Shown: piece after piece, positions 1 to 9,986 of the stretch | Layout: every line of letters begins with the position of its first letter | Numbering within the stretch: the first letter of the stretch is position 1 | Assembly: GCA_947493695.1 (NCBI GenBank) | Contig: CANLSF010000010.1 | Coordinates: 48,225 to 112,224 of the forward strand | Reading direction: 5' to 3' | Source of the DNA: an uncultured Kiloniellaceae bacterium | GTDB lineage: Bacteria > Pseudomonadota > Alphaproteobacteria > Kiloniellales > Kiloniellaceae | DNA: 64,000 nucleotides | Notes under the pieces: generated by a model | The model's database searches: none | The model's input: the letters and a program-made list of their open reading frames with translations, nothing else | What the model was told of the DNA's origin: nothing | Made by a program: the position numbers and the translations under genes

Positions 1-528
1 GCGCTTCTGGCGCTGTTCCCAGACCATCTGACTATAGACGCTGGGCGAGAGATAATAATCCTCGCCATCGAGCTCGACCCGCCCCAGCATATCCATATCG
101 AGGAAGCTGTCATTCAGCGGCGTTACCAGCGTATCCGCCATGATATGCCCCAGGCGTGAGAGGCTGCTATCACTGCCCGGTGTGTCGATCACGATGAAAT
201 CGTTATTGTCCAGAGCGGCCCAAGCGGTCTGCAGACTCTGTTTCTCTTCCTGCTCTGCCACTTCCTGAATGTCACGGGTGGAGCTGTAGATTCGACGATG
301 CTCCGGACAAGCCAGCTCTCTACCAGTTGCCTCGATGTAGGAGAGCCGGTTTTCGATATAGCGTGAAAAGCTGCCCTGACGGGCATCCAGATCGATGGTC
401 CCGACCCGGAATCCCCGCTTGAGCAGCGACACTGTGAGATGCATGGCCGTGGTGGATTTGCCGGATCCACCCTTTTCATTGCCTACAACAACCACATGTG
501 GCCGTCGGCCGCCGTGCCGATATTTCAT
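1..528 (-). CDS. mipZ: MipZ/ParA-family P-loop ATPase, N-terminal 176 codons (gene continues past the left edge)
   Basis: Own translation of the minus strand from ATG 528-526 gives MKYRHGGRRPHVVVVGNEKGGSGKSTTAMHLTVSLLKRGFRVGTIDLDARQGS...FIVIDTPGSDS...VTPLNDSFLDMDMLG. It has a deviant Walker A (KGGxGKS) plus the NEKGG, IDLDxRQ and NDSFxDxDML blocks, as in Caulobacter MipZ (from memory). It is not in the ORF track because it is edge-truncated. Confidence 0.75.
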   Translation of the reverse strand, partial: MKYRHGGRRPHVVVVGNEKGGSGKSTTAMHLTVSLLKRGFRVGTIDLDARQGSFSRYIENRLSYIEATGRELACPEHRRIYSSTRDIQEVAEQEEKQSLQTAWAALDNNDFIVIDTPGSDSSLSRLGHIMADTLVTPLNDSFLDMDMLGRVELDGEDYYLSPSVYSQMVWEQRQKR

Positions 529-2603
529 ACGACCTCTATCCATACAGCGGTGTCATGGAACACAGCCCCTCCCCGCGGGGGACCTGGGTCAGCGGACACC
601 AATGCGTTAATACCAATGCCGTCCTCGAATGCCGAGTTGGGCCAGATGCTCTCCACCACCACCACATCACGCTGGAGCCCGTCGAAGGCTTCGGCATGCA
701 GCGATATACTTGCCAGCTGATTGCCCAGCCGGACTTTATCGCCGTCCTCGATCCCAAGACGCTTGCAGGTCTCTGGGTGAATCAGAACGGTCGGCCGTTG
801 CTCGCGCTTCAACGAGCCCGGTGTTTCCGTGAACGACGTATTGAGGAAAGTCCGCGCCGGCGCGGCAACAAGCCGGTAAGGCCGGTCTTCCTTCGCAGCA
901 TCGATCGCATCCATAAAGCCCGGCATGCGGGGCATTTCGCTGTGGTCGACACCGATCGAAGCCCAATCCGGCTTGAAATGGAACCTTCCGTCGTCGTTTC
1001 CGAAGCCATCTTCGAAATGCGCCGTCTCAAAATCCAGCGCACAATCGAGCCAGCGACCTTCATAAACGCTCTGGGCATCCGGCAGACCGGAAGCCTTGAG
1101 GGTCGCATCGATCAGTTCCCATTCGGACATCGCAAAACCGGGATGCTCAGCCCCGAGGCGTTCCGCCAGCGCGGAAATCACCTGATGATTGCTGCGGCAC
1201 TCGGCGAAGGCTTCGATCACTGGCCGCGCGATCTGCAGATGTGTGTGCCCTCCGCCCCGGTAGATGTCGTCATGCTCCAGAAAGGTCGTGGCCGGCAGGA
1301 CAATGTCCGCCATCGCCGCCGTATCGGTCATGAACTGCTCGTGCACGCAGGTAAAGAGGTCGTCGCGCTCAAAGCCCTGCCGGACCTTCAGGCTTTCCGG
1401 ACAGACCACCATGGGATTGGTGTTCTGAATGAAGAGCGCGGTAACCGGGGGACCGCCACCCAAATCACGCGGATCGCCGCAAAGCACAGGCCCCAGGCGC
1501 GACTGATCGAAAATCCGCACGTCCGGGTCCAGAACATCGAGCCCTTCGATCAGCGTGGCGTCGATCGGGAAGATCGCGCCGTTGGAATAGAGCGCGCCGC
1601 CGCCTTCATGCTGCCAGGCCCCTGTTACGATGGACAGGCAGGTCGCCGCATGCAGGTTCGCCGCCCCATTTCGGGAGCGCGAAAACCCGTAGCCAATCCG
1701 GATGAATGACTTTTTGTGTGCGCCGAACAGCCGGGCAAAACCTACGATCTCCTCGACCGATAGGCCGGTGATTTCGGCGGCCCATTCCGGCGTACGCTGC
1801 GCGAAATGCTCTTCCAGCTCGAGATCCCAGTCAGACTGGCGTTCCAGATAGTCCCGGTCGGCAAGTCCCTCGGCCAGCATGACGTTGATGGCCGCAGCCG
1901 CCAGCGCGCCGTCGGTGCCGGGTTTGACCGCAAGATGCAGATCCGCCTGTTCCGCTGTGCCGGTCCTGTATGGATCGATCACCACCAGTTTCGCGCCGCG
2001 CTTCTTCCGCGCTTTGGCCACATGGGTCATCACATTGACCTGGGTAGAAACCGGATTGCCGCCCCAGATCACGATCAGATCCGACTGTGCCATCTCCCTG
2101 GGGTCGAGACCGCGTTTCACCCCAAAACCGGCCAACCAGCCCGCGTCCGCAAGCGTATGACAGATCGTCGAGTATTGCCGTGAATAGCCCTTGGTATGGC
2201 GCAGACGCTCAATGCCGTCACGTTGTACCAGGCCCATGGTTCCGGCATAGAAGTAGGGCCAGACTGTCTCCGCGCCGAGCTTTTGTTCGGCCTGAAGCAG
2301 GCCCTCGGCAACTTCATCCAGCGCCTGATCCCACGAAATTTCCTGGAAGGCCGCTCGCCCCTCCCCCTTTGCGCCTACCCGGCGCAAGGGCTTGCTCAGC
2401 CTGTCGGGGTGATGAACCCGTTCGGCGTAGCGCGCAACCTTTGCGCAGATCACACCGGCGGTATAGCTGTTGTCCCGCGCACCACGCACCTTACCGATGC
2501 GAGTCTCTGAGACCCGCTCGACCTCGAGAGCACAGGTACTCGGGCAATCATGCGGGCAGGTCGACTGCACGAATGATGGTTTCACAGCACTGTCTAGCGG
2601 CAT
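525..2603 (-). CDS. molybdopterin (MopB-superfamily) oxidoreductase with N-terminal Fe-S Cys motif
   Basis: 692-aa ORF. The N-terminus has CPHDCPSTC (C-x3-C-x3-C) followed by a further Cys. The body is long and MopB-like, and the C-terminal beta-barrel-like end reads GDKVRLGN...ISL. SD-like GGGAG lies upstream of the ATG at 2603. Confidence 0.85.
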   Translation of the reverse strand: MPLDSAVKPSFVQSTCPHDCPSTCALEVERVSETRIGKVRGARDNSYTAGVICAKVARYAERVHHPDRLSKPLRRVGAKGEGRAAFQEISWDQALDEVAEGLLQAEQKLGAETVWPYFYAGTMGLVQRDGIERLRHTKGYSRQYSTICHTLADAGWLAGFGVKRGLDPREMAQSDLIVIWGGNPVSTQVNVMTHVAKARKKRGAKLVVIDPYRTGTAEQADLHLAVKPGTDGALAAAAINVMLAEGLADRDYLERQSDWDLELEEHFAQRTPEWAAEITGLSVEEIVGFARLFGAHKKSFIRIGYGFSRSRNGAANLHAATCLSIVTGAWQHEGGGALYSNGAIFPIDATLIEGLDVLDPDVRIFDQSRLGPVLCGDPRDLGGGPPVTALFIQNTNPMVVCPESLKVRQGFERDDLFTCVHEQFMTDTAAMADIVLPATTFLEHDDIYRGGGHTHLQIARPVIEAFAECRSNHQVISALAERLGAEHPGFAMSEWELIDATLKASGLPDAQSVYEGRWLDCALDFETAHFEDGFGNDDGRFHFKPDWASIGVDHSEMPRMPGFMDAIDAAKEDRPYRLVAAPARTFLNTSFTETPGSLKREQRPTVLIHPETCKRLGIEDGDKVRLGNQLASISLHAEAFDGLQRDVVVVESIWPNSAFEDGIGINALVSADPGPPRGGAVFHDTAVWIEVV

Positions 2604-2634
2604 AACCTAATGGTTGCTCCCTAGAGTGCGATTT

Positions 2635-2657
2635 TCCCTGATTAGAACAATCAGGGA
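2635..2657. promoter_or_regulatory. 9-bp perfect inverted repeat TCCCTGATT-agaac-AATCAGGGA upstream of the oxidoreductase gene
   Basis: Read directly from the sequence, about 32 nt upstream of ATG 2603 on the minus strand. It could be an operator or a 5'-UTR hairpin. Confidence 0.4.
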
Positions 2658-2911
2658 CATGAACCGCTCTCTACCACTATGTCTTAGAGACTGATCCATG
2701 TTTTTCGCCAATTTAGAAAAAAACGATCAGACTCTAGTTGAATCGGCGCTTACTTTAACCTCAGGCCGCGCGGTCTTCAATCGGGGTTCGGTTACAGGAA
2801 ACAAAGAGTTATCAGATATTTCCAGAGAAACATCAGCTAAGCCCCGTAAGCTATTCAAGTGGCGGGAAACTGCTGGAGGGTGAAACGTACACAAACGAGA
2901 GTAAAAAAACG

Positions 2912-4540
2912 ATGCTAGTGCCGGGAGAATCCTATGATGAAGTTCGCGAAAACCTGAATTGGTCGATTCCCGAGCACTTCAATATCGGCGTGGATGTCTG
3001 TGACAAGTGGGCCGATTCGGAACGTCTTGCGCTCATCTATAAAGCCAGTGACGGAAACGTCGCACACTACAGCTTCGCCGACCTGAAACAGCTCTCAAAT
3101 AAACTGGCCAATGCCCTGAAAACACTGGGTTTGGCGCGTGAAGAGCGTGTCGGCATCCTACTGCCACAAGCTCCCGAAACCGCAATAACCCACATCGCGG
3201 CCTACAAGATGGGCGCAATTTCCATTCCCCTCTTCAGCCTCTTCGGCGAGGAAGCGCTGGAGTACCGGCTGTCGGATTCAGGCGCCAGAGTGGTGGTCAC
3301 GGACGCAGCCGGTGCCGCCAAGCTTGCCATAATCCGTGACCGGTTGCCGGAACTGCGCCACATCCTTTGCATCGAAGATTTGCCGGACTTATCTGCGCTC
3401 CCCGACCTCCTGAACTTTCACCGCTTGCTTGAAACCGCCTCTGCGGACTTCACCCCGGTCGAGACCCTGGCCGAAGATCCTGCCCTCATCATCTATACTT
3501 CGGGGACTACCGGCCCGCCCAAAGGTGCGCTTCATGCCCACCGCGTGCTGCTGGGGCATCTGCCGGGCGTTGAGTTTCCCCACGAGTTCTTTCCACAGCC
3601 CGATGATCTTTTTTGGACACCCGCCGACTGGGCCTGGATCGGCGGTCTGCTCGACGTGCTTTTGCCAGCCTGGCATCACGGCGTGCCGGTTCTGGCCCAT
3701 CGCTTCGCCAAGTTCGAGCCGGAGGCTGCTTTCGCGCTGATGGCGGATTTCAAGGTCCGCAACGCCTTCATGCCCCCCACTGCCCTTAAGATGATGCGGC
3801 GGGTGGAGAAACCGCAGGAACGCTGGGACCTGAACCTGCGTTCCATCGGCAGCGGCGGCGAATCCCTTGGCGAAGAGCTGCTGGACTGGGGCCAGGAAGC
3901 CTTTGGTGTCACCATCAATGAATTCTACGGCCAGACCGAGTGCAATCTCGTGGTCGGCAATTGCGCGAGCCTGATGCCGGTCAAGCCCGGCGCTATGGGC
4001 CGCGCCGTGCCGGGCCACGACGTCGCCATCGTCGACGACGACGGCAATCCACTCCCTTCCGGTGAAGAAGGTAACATCGGTATCCGCCAGCCGGACCCGG
4101 TCATGTTCCTGCGCTATTGGAACAATCCAACAGCCACCGAGGCCAAGTTTGCCGGCGACTGGCTACTGACCGGCGATCGGGGCCGACTGGACGATGATCG
4201 ATATTTCCACTTTGTCGGCCGGGACGACGACGTGATCACCAGCGGCGGTTACCGCATCGGACCGGGCGAGATCGAGGACTGCCTGATCAAGCATCCGGCC
4301 ATCTCCATGGCCGCCGTCATCGGTGTGCCCGACCCTCTGAGGACGGAACGGGTAAAAGCTTTCGTGGTGCTCAAACCGGATGTCCAGGGCAGTGAGGATC
4401 TCGCCAAGGAGATTCAGGCCTTCGTCAAGACCCGCCTCGCCGCCCACGAATACCCGCGCGATGTCGCCTTTGTCGATGATCTGCCCATGACCACAACAGG
4501 CAAGATCATCCGCAAGGCCCTGCGCGCACTCGAAACCTAA
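2912..4540 (+). CDS. AMP-dependent acyl-CoA synthetase/ligase (acetyl-CoA-synthetase-like family)
   Basis: 542 aa. AMP-binding signature YTSGTTGPPKG, the block GDRGRLDDDRYFHFVGRDDDVI, and a C-terminal TTTGKIIRKALR. Confidence 0.9.
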   Translation: MLVPGESYDEVRENLNWSIPEHFNIGVDVCDKWADSERLALIYKASDGNVAHYSFADLKQLSNKLANALKTLGLAREERVGILLPQAPETAITHIAAYKMGAISIPLFSLFGEEALEYRLSDSGARVVVTDAAGAAKLAIIRDRLPELRHILCIEDLPDLSALPDLLNFHRLLETASADFTPVETLAEDPALIIYTSGTTGPPKGALHAHRVLLGHLPGVEFPHEFFPQPDDLFWTPADWAWIGGLLDVLLPAWHHGVPVLAHRFAKFEPEAAFALMADFKVRNAFMPPTALKMMRRVEKPQERWDLNLRSIGSGGESLGEELLDWGQEAFGVTINEFYGQTECNLVVGNCASLMPVKPGAMGRAVPGHDVAIVDDDGNPLPSGEEGNIGIRQPDPVMFLRYWNNPTATEAKFAGDWLLTGDRGRLDDDRYFHFVGRDDDVITSGGYRIGPGEIEDCLIKHPAISMAAVIGVPDPLRTERVKAFVVLKPDVQGSEDLAKEIQAFVKTRLAAHEYPRDVAFVDDLPMTTTGKIIRKALRALET

Positions 4541-4549
4541 GGATCCATT

Positions 4550-5185
4550 ATGAAGCGTGTGTGTTTCATCGGCGCCTCGACGGTGGAAGGCTTGGGCGAT
4601 GAAAGCGGCCTCGGCTGGCCCGGTCGGCTCGCGGCGCTGGAACGGGACGCCGGTCGCACGTTCGTGCCCTACAATCTGGGTATCCGCGGTCAGACCCTGC
4701 GGGAAATCAGCGCCCGCGCGGCGGCAGAGTGCACCGCCCGCATCCAGGACCGCGAAACCGACCTGATCGTCCTGGGCACCGGCATGAATGACCTTGCCCG
4801 CATCGGCACCGGCGCCTTCCGCACGCCGCAGCGACGGACCCTGGAGGACTTCACTAAGCTCGTGGAAGAGCTCGCGGACCTTGCACCTCTGCTCGTTGTT
4901 GGGCCCTTCCCGGTCTTTGAGGCAAAGATGCCGTTCCATTCTGTCGTCAGCGGGATGAACTTCGATTTCAAAAACCAGGACATCGAGGCGGCGGCGGCGC
5001 ACTATGCAGAGATCTGCGCAGAGCGGCGAGTACCTTATCTCAACCTTTTTAAACACTTGTCTGAGAGCGCTGATTACATAACTGGCCTGAAGGCGAACGA
5101 CGGTCTACACAGCGACGCCGCGGGCTATCAGGCGATTGCTGAAGCATTGTCGAGGTGGGAAGTCTGGCAGGTTTCCGCCCACTAA
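4550..5185 (+). CDS. SGNH/GDSL-family hydrolase (lipase/esterase-like)
   Basis: 211 aa. Block I FIGASTVEG (Ser nucleophile), block III GTGMNDL, block V DGLHSD (DxxH). Starts 9 nt after the synthetase stop. Confidence 0.8.
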   Translation: MKRVCFIGASTVEGLGDESGLGWPGRLAALERDAGRTFVPYNLGIRGQTLREISARAAAECTARIQDRETDLIVLGTGMNDLARIGTGAFRTPQRRTLEDFTKLVEELADLAPLLVVGPFPVFEAKMPFHSVVSGMNFDFKNQDIEAAAAHYAEICAERRVPYLNLFKHLSESADYITGLKANDGLHSDAAGYQAIAEALSRWEVWQVSAH

Positions 5186-5979
5186 CCTCGCAATAACGGC
5201 ATCATCAGCGAGAACAGCTCGGCCTGGGATGAAATTTCACACTTACGGTACAGCTGCTTTCGGAAGACCTTCACGGTCTGGGGACTGATGCCCAAACGCA
5301 GGCCGATGGAGGTTGAGGAATGGCCGCGCAGGATCAGAAGCGCAACCGCCGCCTGACGACCGCTCAAAGACACACCGTGTTCCGCTTTCGCGGCGTCGAT
5401 CAGACGCTGAGAGACGTCGGATTCCTGGAAATCGCCGGTCGAACTCAGACCCGTCCAATGAACCTCCGCGAGGCCGATGGCGATGGGAGCAATCCGTTGG
5501 GCGACTTCAATCTCACGGGTTGAGAACTTTCGGTTTGAGCTGGCATCGCGCCCCAGACAGACGTGCAGCGAAACCCCCTTTCCGGGATAGGACACAAAGG
5601 CCAGTTCATCGATCAAGGTCGTACAGCTGTAGTAACTGCTGTAGTAGGGATTGCGGTGAAACTGGTCGGGTGCAATGTCCCTGAGCCGGTAAAGTCCCTT
5701 TGGAGCCCTTTTCACATGCAGCTCGTGAAAGGGGTCCAACAGATAGGCACCGCCGATATAGACGGTCTCCATTTCTGAATGAACACTTGGGTCCTTGGCC
5801 TGAAGATAGAGCGCTGAGGGCGCCCGGTTCTGGTAGTAGACCAGGATCGTGATGTTATCCATCTCAAGGCAGCGGTTGAGCCAACTGTGCAGTTTCGATT
5901 CAAAATGATCGCCGTTCAGGGCCGAAATCGCGGCTCCGAGACTGGTTTCTGCGGCATTGGGAAGCTTTTCCATCACCAT
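5182..5979 (-). CDS. LuxR-family transcriptional regulator (C-terminal HTH, unassigned N-terminal sensor domain)
   Basis: 265 aa. C-terminal LSGRQAAVALLILRGHSSTSIGLRLGISPQTVKVFRKQLYRKCEI is a LuxR/GerE HTH. The gene is divergent from the ABC operon at 6070. Confidence 0.8.
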   Translation of the reverse strand: MVMEKLPNAAETSLGAAISALNGDHFESKLHSWLNRCLEMDNITILVYYQNRAPSALYLQAKDPSVHSEMETVYIGGAYLLDPFHELHVKRAPKGLYRLRDIAPDQFHRNPYYSSYYSCTTLIDELAFVSYPGKGVSLHVCLGRDASSNRKFSTREIEVAQRIAPIAIGLAEVHWTGLSSTGDFQESDVSQRLIDAAKAEHGVSLSGRQAAVALLILRGHSSTSIGLRLGISPQTVKVFRKQLYRKCEISSQAELFSLMMPLLRG

Positions 5980-5988
5980 ACCACTTTG

Positions 5989-6002
5989 GGGGTATATACC
6001 CC
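5989..6002. promoter_or_regulatory. perfect 14-bp palindrome GGGGTATATACCCC in the LuxR / ABC divergent intergenic region
   Basis: Read directly. A GGGGTAT half-site recurs at 6040-6046. The intergenic region is only 90 bp. Confidence 0.5.
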
Positions 6003-6069
6003 TCCAAACAAGAACAGATAGACTGATCTATAAATTCAGGGGGTATCTCGCAAGAGGTAACACGGGGCA

Positions 6070-7155
6070 TTGCTGCAAAAAACGCAAGACGCGACCGTGG
6101 CGGTCGACATTGAGAACGTCACAAAAAACTACGGGACCTTCACCGCGCTCTCGCGCGTGTCCCTCGATATCCGCGACAACGAGTTCTTCACGCTGCTGGG
6201 GCCTTCGGGCTGCGGCAAGACGACGTTGCTGCGCAGCATCGCTGGCTTCGAGGAAATCTCAGACGGCGCGATCCGCCTCTACGGCGAGGACATCGCGGGC
6301 CTTCCGCCACATCAGCGCCCTGTAAATACGGTCTTTCAGCAATACGCCCTCTTTCCCCATATGACGGTGATGCAGAACGTGCTGTTCGGCCTTCAGCGTC
6401 TGCGCAAACCCAAGGTCGAAGCAGAAGCACGCTGCGCAGAGGTGCTGGAACTGGTGCAGCTTTCCGCCTTCGCAGGACGCTATCCCAATCAGCTATCCGG
6501 AGGTCAGCAGCAGCGGGTCGCTCTGGCGCGGGCTCTGGCGCCAAAACCCAAACTCCTATTGCTGGATGAGCCGCTCTCCGCGCTCGATCTGAAACTTCGT
6601 CAGGCGGTGCGGGTCGAACTGAAGCAGATCCAGCAGGAAACCGGCATCACCTTCATCTTCGTCACCCATGACCAGGAAGAAGCCCTAACCATGTCGGATC
6701 GGATCGCCGTCATGTCAGCGGGCGAGGTTCAGCAGGTCGGCACACCTCGCGAGGTTTACGAGGCGCCCCGGAACCGCTTTGTCGCCGACTTCATCGGCGA
6801 GACCAATCTGCTGGACGTATCGGTCACGTCGGTCACCGGCGATCAGGCCCTCTGCGTGCTGCCCGGCGGACGCGAAATCACCTGCCCTGCCGCCGCAGTG
6901 GTCGATCCAGGCCCCGGACATCTCTCGGTCCGGCCCGAACGGATGACCCTGACAGTGCCAACAGACGCCCTGCTGACCGGCAGGGTCGAAAATCATGTCT
7001 ACCTGGGCACGGATATGCAGGTCATGGTGCGCCTGGAGGACGACGAAATCCTCACTCTGCGGGTGCAGAACTCTGAGGCCGTCGTTGTCCCCACTATCGG
7101 CGCAGAAGTTGGGATCGCTCTGGAGGCAGGCGCCGCACGCTTGCTGGCCGACTGA
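6070..7155 (+). CDS. ABC transporter ATP-binding protein, PotA (spermidine/putrescine) type
   Basis: 361 aa. Walker A GPSGCGKTT, signature LSGGQQQR, Walker B LLLLDEPLSALD, and a C-terminal TOBE-like domain. There is no in-frame ATG at the 5' end, so a TTG start is predicted. Confidence 0.9.
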   Translation: MLQKTQDATVAVDIENVTKNYGTFTALSRVSLDIRDNEFFTLLGPSGCGKTTLLRSIAGFEEISDGAIRLYGEDIAGLPPHQRPVNTVFQQYALFPHMTVMQNVLFGLQRLRKPKVEAEARCAEVLELVQLSAFAGRYPNQLSGGQQQRVALARALAPKPKLLLLDEPLSALDLKLRQAVRVELKQIQQETGITFIFVTHDQEEALTMSDRIAVMSAGEVQQVGTPREVYEAPRNRFVADFIGETNLLDVSVTSVTGDQALCVLPGGREITCPAAAVVDPGPGHLSVRPERMTLTVPTDALLTGRVENHVYLGTDMQVMVRLEDDEILTLRVQNSEAVVVPTIGAEVGIALEAGAARLLAD

Positions 7156-8075
7156 TGGCCGGCGGCATAGCAAGCGCTTCAGAAAGCGCAGGCATCTACA
7201 AAGGACGCGCGGGTCTGCTGATCCTGCCCAGTTGGCTGATAATAGGGTTCTTCCTGCTGCTGCCGGTCTGCATGATGCTGATCTATTCCTTCCTGACCAA
7301 GGAGTTCCGTGGCGGCGTTATCTGGGAATTTTCCCTCGCCGCCTATGATCAGTTCTTCTTCAACCGGGGCCTTTTCGGCGATGAGCCTCCGCAGATCGAA
7401 TGGACCTACATCAACATCTTCTGGCGTTCGCTCTGGCAAGCAGGGCTGGCCACGATCTTCTGTCTCGTCATCGGTTTTCCCACCGCCTGGTTCATCGCAA
7501 CACGCGTTCCCAGGCATCGAACGATCTGGCTGCTGCTGATCACGATTCCCTACTGGGTGAACCTGCTGATCCGCACGGTCTCGATGAAGTTCCTGATCCG
7601 CGACACCGGCCCTCTCAATGAATTCCTGATCTGGCTGGGCGCAATCGGTGAACCGCTCCACCTGATCAACACCAACATCGCCGTTCAGTTAGGCCTGTTT
7701 TATTCCTATCTGCCCTTCATGGTCCTACCGATCTACGCGAGCGCGGAGCGCTATAACTTCTCGCTCTCCGAGGCCGCGGCAGACCTATATGCGGGGCGCT
7801 GGACCATTCTGCGCGTGGTGATCCTGCCTGCGGTCAAACCGGGAATCATTGCCGGCTCGATCCTGGTCTTCGTCCCGAGCCTCGGAGCCTTCCTGGCGCC
7901 GGATCTTCTGGGTGGCGCGAAAACCTTCATGATCGGTTCCCTGATCGAGGAACAGTTCAAGGGCAACGCGGGCAACTGGCCCTTCGGCGCCGCCACCTCC
8001 ATGATCCTGCTGAGCATTGTCATGACAGTGCTGATTTTCTACGCCCGCAGCCAAACCCGGCGGGAGGCGCGCTGA
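7155..8075 (+). CDS. ABC transporter permease, PotB-like
   Basis: 306 aa, multi-TM. EAA-type loop [30 protein letters not shown] overlap with the upstream stop. Confidence 0.9.
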   Translation: MAGGIASASESAGIYKGRAGLLILPSWLIIGFFLLLPVCMMLIYSFLTKEFRGGVIWEFSLAAYDQFFFNRGLFGDEPPQIEWTYINIFWRSLWQAGLATIFCLVIGFPTAWFIATRVPRHRTIWLLLITIPYWVNLLIRTVSMKFLIRDTGPLNEFLIWLGAIGEPLHLINTNIAVQLGLFYSYLPFMVLPIYASAERYNFSLSEAAADLYAGRWTILRVVILPAVKPGIIAGSILVFVPSLGAFLAPDLLGGAKTFMIGSLIEEQFKGNAGNWPFGAATSMILLSIVMTVLIFYARSQTRREAR

Positions 8076-8893
8076 TGTCGCAACGACACGACCTGCGCCG
8101 CTTCCCCGGCTTCCTGCAGCTGACCCTTCTTTGTCTTCTGCTGCTCTATGCCCCTCTGATGGTGGTGATGGTCTATTCCTTCAATGACAACACTTCGATC
8201 ACCATCTGGGGCGGTTTTTCCTTGCGCTGGTACGAAGATGTCTTCTTCGGCGTCGAGGCCCCCAAGTTCAAACAGGCCGCTCTGAACTCCCTCAGCATCG
8301 CCACCATGGCGGCCACCTGCGCAACGATTATCGCCATTTCCTCGGCGGTTGCGATGATGCGCGCCCGGCAGCTTCGAGGCCGGACCGCCAGTTTCGCTTT
8401 GATCAATCTGCCGCTGATGGTGCCGGAGATCGTGACCGCTGTCGCCAGCCTGATCTTCTTCTCTGCCATCGGTTTCACTACCGGCTACGCGACTATCCTC
8501 GTCGCCCACATCGTCTTTTGTATTCCCTTCGCCTACCTGCCGATCGCGGCACGTATGCAAAGCATCGAGGACACATACGAACAGGCGGCGATGGATCTTT
8601 ACGCCACCCCGGCACAGGCTTTCCGGCTGGTTCTCCTGCCACTGATGATGCCAGGTGTTTTCTCGGGGTTCCTACTGGCCTTCATCATTTCGCTTGACGA
8701 TTTCCTGATCACGAATTTCGTCAAGGGTGCCGGGATCGAAACGCTTCCGACCGCTATCTTCGGATCGGTCAAAACGGGCATCAAGCCCAACATCATGGCA
8801 ATTTCCACACTGCTGCTTTTGGTCTCCGTGGGATTTGTCACCCTCTCCTATCTGGCCAGCCGGATGGGGCAAAACAAAGAACAGAAAACCTAG
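8075..8893 (+). CDS. ABC transporter permease, PotC-like
   Basis: 272 aa, multi-TM. Loop [31 protein letters not shown] overlap with the upstream gene. Confidence 0.9.
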   Translation: MSQRHDLRRFPGFLQLTLLCLLLLYAPLMVVMVYSFNDNTSITIWGGFSLRWYEDVFFGVEAPKFKQAALNSLSIATMAATCATIIAISSAVAMMRARQLRGRTASFALINLPLMVPEIVTAVASLIFFSAIGFTTGYATILVAHIVFCIPFAYLPIAARMQSIEDTYEQAAMDLYATPAQAFRLVLLPLMMPGVFSGFLLAFIISLDDFLITNFVKGAGIETLPTAIFGSVKTGIKPNIMAISTLLLLVSVGFVTLSYLASRMGQNKEQKT

Positions 8894-8925
8894 AATAAGA
8901 AACCAGAACAACAGTGGAGCACATC

Positions 8926-9960
8926 ATGAACACCTTTCTTAAATGTACCGTCGCGGCGATTGCGCTGACCGGTTTCTCGAGCATGGCTCAAGCCGAAGGA
9001 AAGCTCTCGATCTATCACTGGTTCGAATACATCCCGCAAGAGCTGCTGGACAAATTCGCCAAGGAATACGACGTCGAGGTGACCATGGACACCTTCGACT
9101 CGAACGAGGCCATGTTGGCCGCTCTTAAAGCCGGCAAGATGGGAAGCTACGACGTCACAGTGCCAGGTGACTACATGGTCGAGATCATGGCCGGTGAAGG
9201 TCTGCTCGATACTTTTGAACCCAGTGAGCTGAGCAACTATTCCAACATTCAGCCACAATGGCTCGATGTTAGCTTCGATCCAGGTCGCAAGAGTTCGATT
9301 CCCTATCAGTGGGGTTCAACCAGCTTCTCGGTTAACCGCGACAAGTTCAAGGGCGACATCAATACCACCAATATCCTGTTCGATCCGCCCGCGGAACTGC
9401 GCGGCAAGATCAACGTGTTGGACACACAGGGCGAGTTGCTGACCCTGGCCTCCATTCACCTGGGCATTCCTCAGTGTTCTTCCGACCGGGAGCAACTCAA
9501 AGCCCTGAACAAGCTGGTGCAGGATGCCAAGGTGCACTGGGCTTCCTTCGGGTCTGATACGGCCAAAGACGTTCTGGTCAGCGGCGACGCCCATGCCGGT
9601 ATGATCTGGAGCGGCTTTTCAGCGAAAGCGCGTAACGAAGGTGCCAACATCGAATACGCTTACCCGAAAGAGGGCTACATCGTCTGGATGGACAATGTGG
9701 TCCTGTTGAAGGACGCGCCAAACCGTGAAAACGCACTGAAGTTCATGAACTTCCTGCTTGAGCCCGAGAATGCGGCGGCAGTCACCAATTTCGCCCAATA
9801 CACAGCGGGTGTTGCCGGCACCGAATCATTCCTGACCGAAGAACTGAAAACTTCGCCGGAGTCCAATCCGCCTTCAGGACCTGTCGGGCATTTCGTGCAG
9901 GCCTGCCCGCAGGAAGTCCAGGTGCTCTATGACGCGATCTGGACGAACCTGAAGAAATAA
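8926..9960 (+). CDS. periplasmic polyamine-type (PotD/PotF family) substrate-binding protein
   Basis: Signal peptide MNTFLKCTVAAIALTGFSSMAQA. I prefer ATG 8926 (GGAG 6 nt upstream) over the track's GTG at 8914. Confidence 0.85.
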   Translation: MNTFLKCTVAAIALTGFSSMAQAEGKLSIYHWFEYIPQELLDKFAKEYDVEVTMDTFDSNEAMLAALKAGKMGSYDVTVPGDYMVEIMAGEGLLDTFEPSELSNYSNIQPQWLDVSFDPGRKSSIPYQWGSTSFSVNRDKFKGDINTTNILFDPPAELRGKINVLDTQGELLTLASIHLGIPQCSSDREQLKALNKLVQDAKVHWASFGSDTAKDVLVSGDAHAGMIWSGFSAKARNEGANIEYAYPKEGYIVWMDNVVLLKDAPNRENALKFMNFLLEPENAAAVTNFAQYTAGVAGTESFLTEELKTSPESNPPSGPVGHFVQACPQEVQVLYDAIWTNLKK

Positions 9961-9986
9961 CCCGTTAGATCAGGCGGAAAGCTCAC

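Noticed and set aside
498-1709. 403-aa plus-strand ORF
   Set aside because: It lies entirely antisense to the well-supported molybdopterin oxidoreductase gene. Its sequence is Arg/Gly/Pro-rich with no motifs, typical of a shadow ORF in GC-rich coding DNA.
2604-2911. Moco riboswitch upstream of the molybdopterin oxidoreductase; 61-aa ORF at 2698-2883
   Set aside because: I found no CCUCCGAG-type conserved core of the Moco RNA motif by eye; only a simple 9-bp inverted repeat is present. The small ORF has no SD and an implausible sequence.
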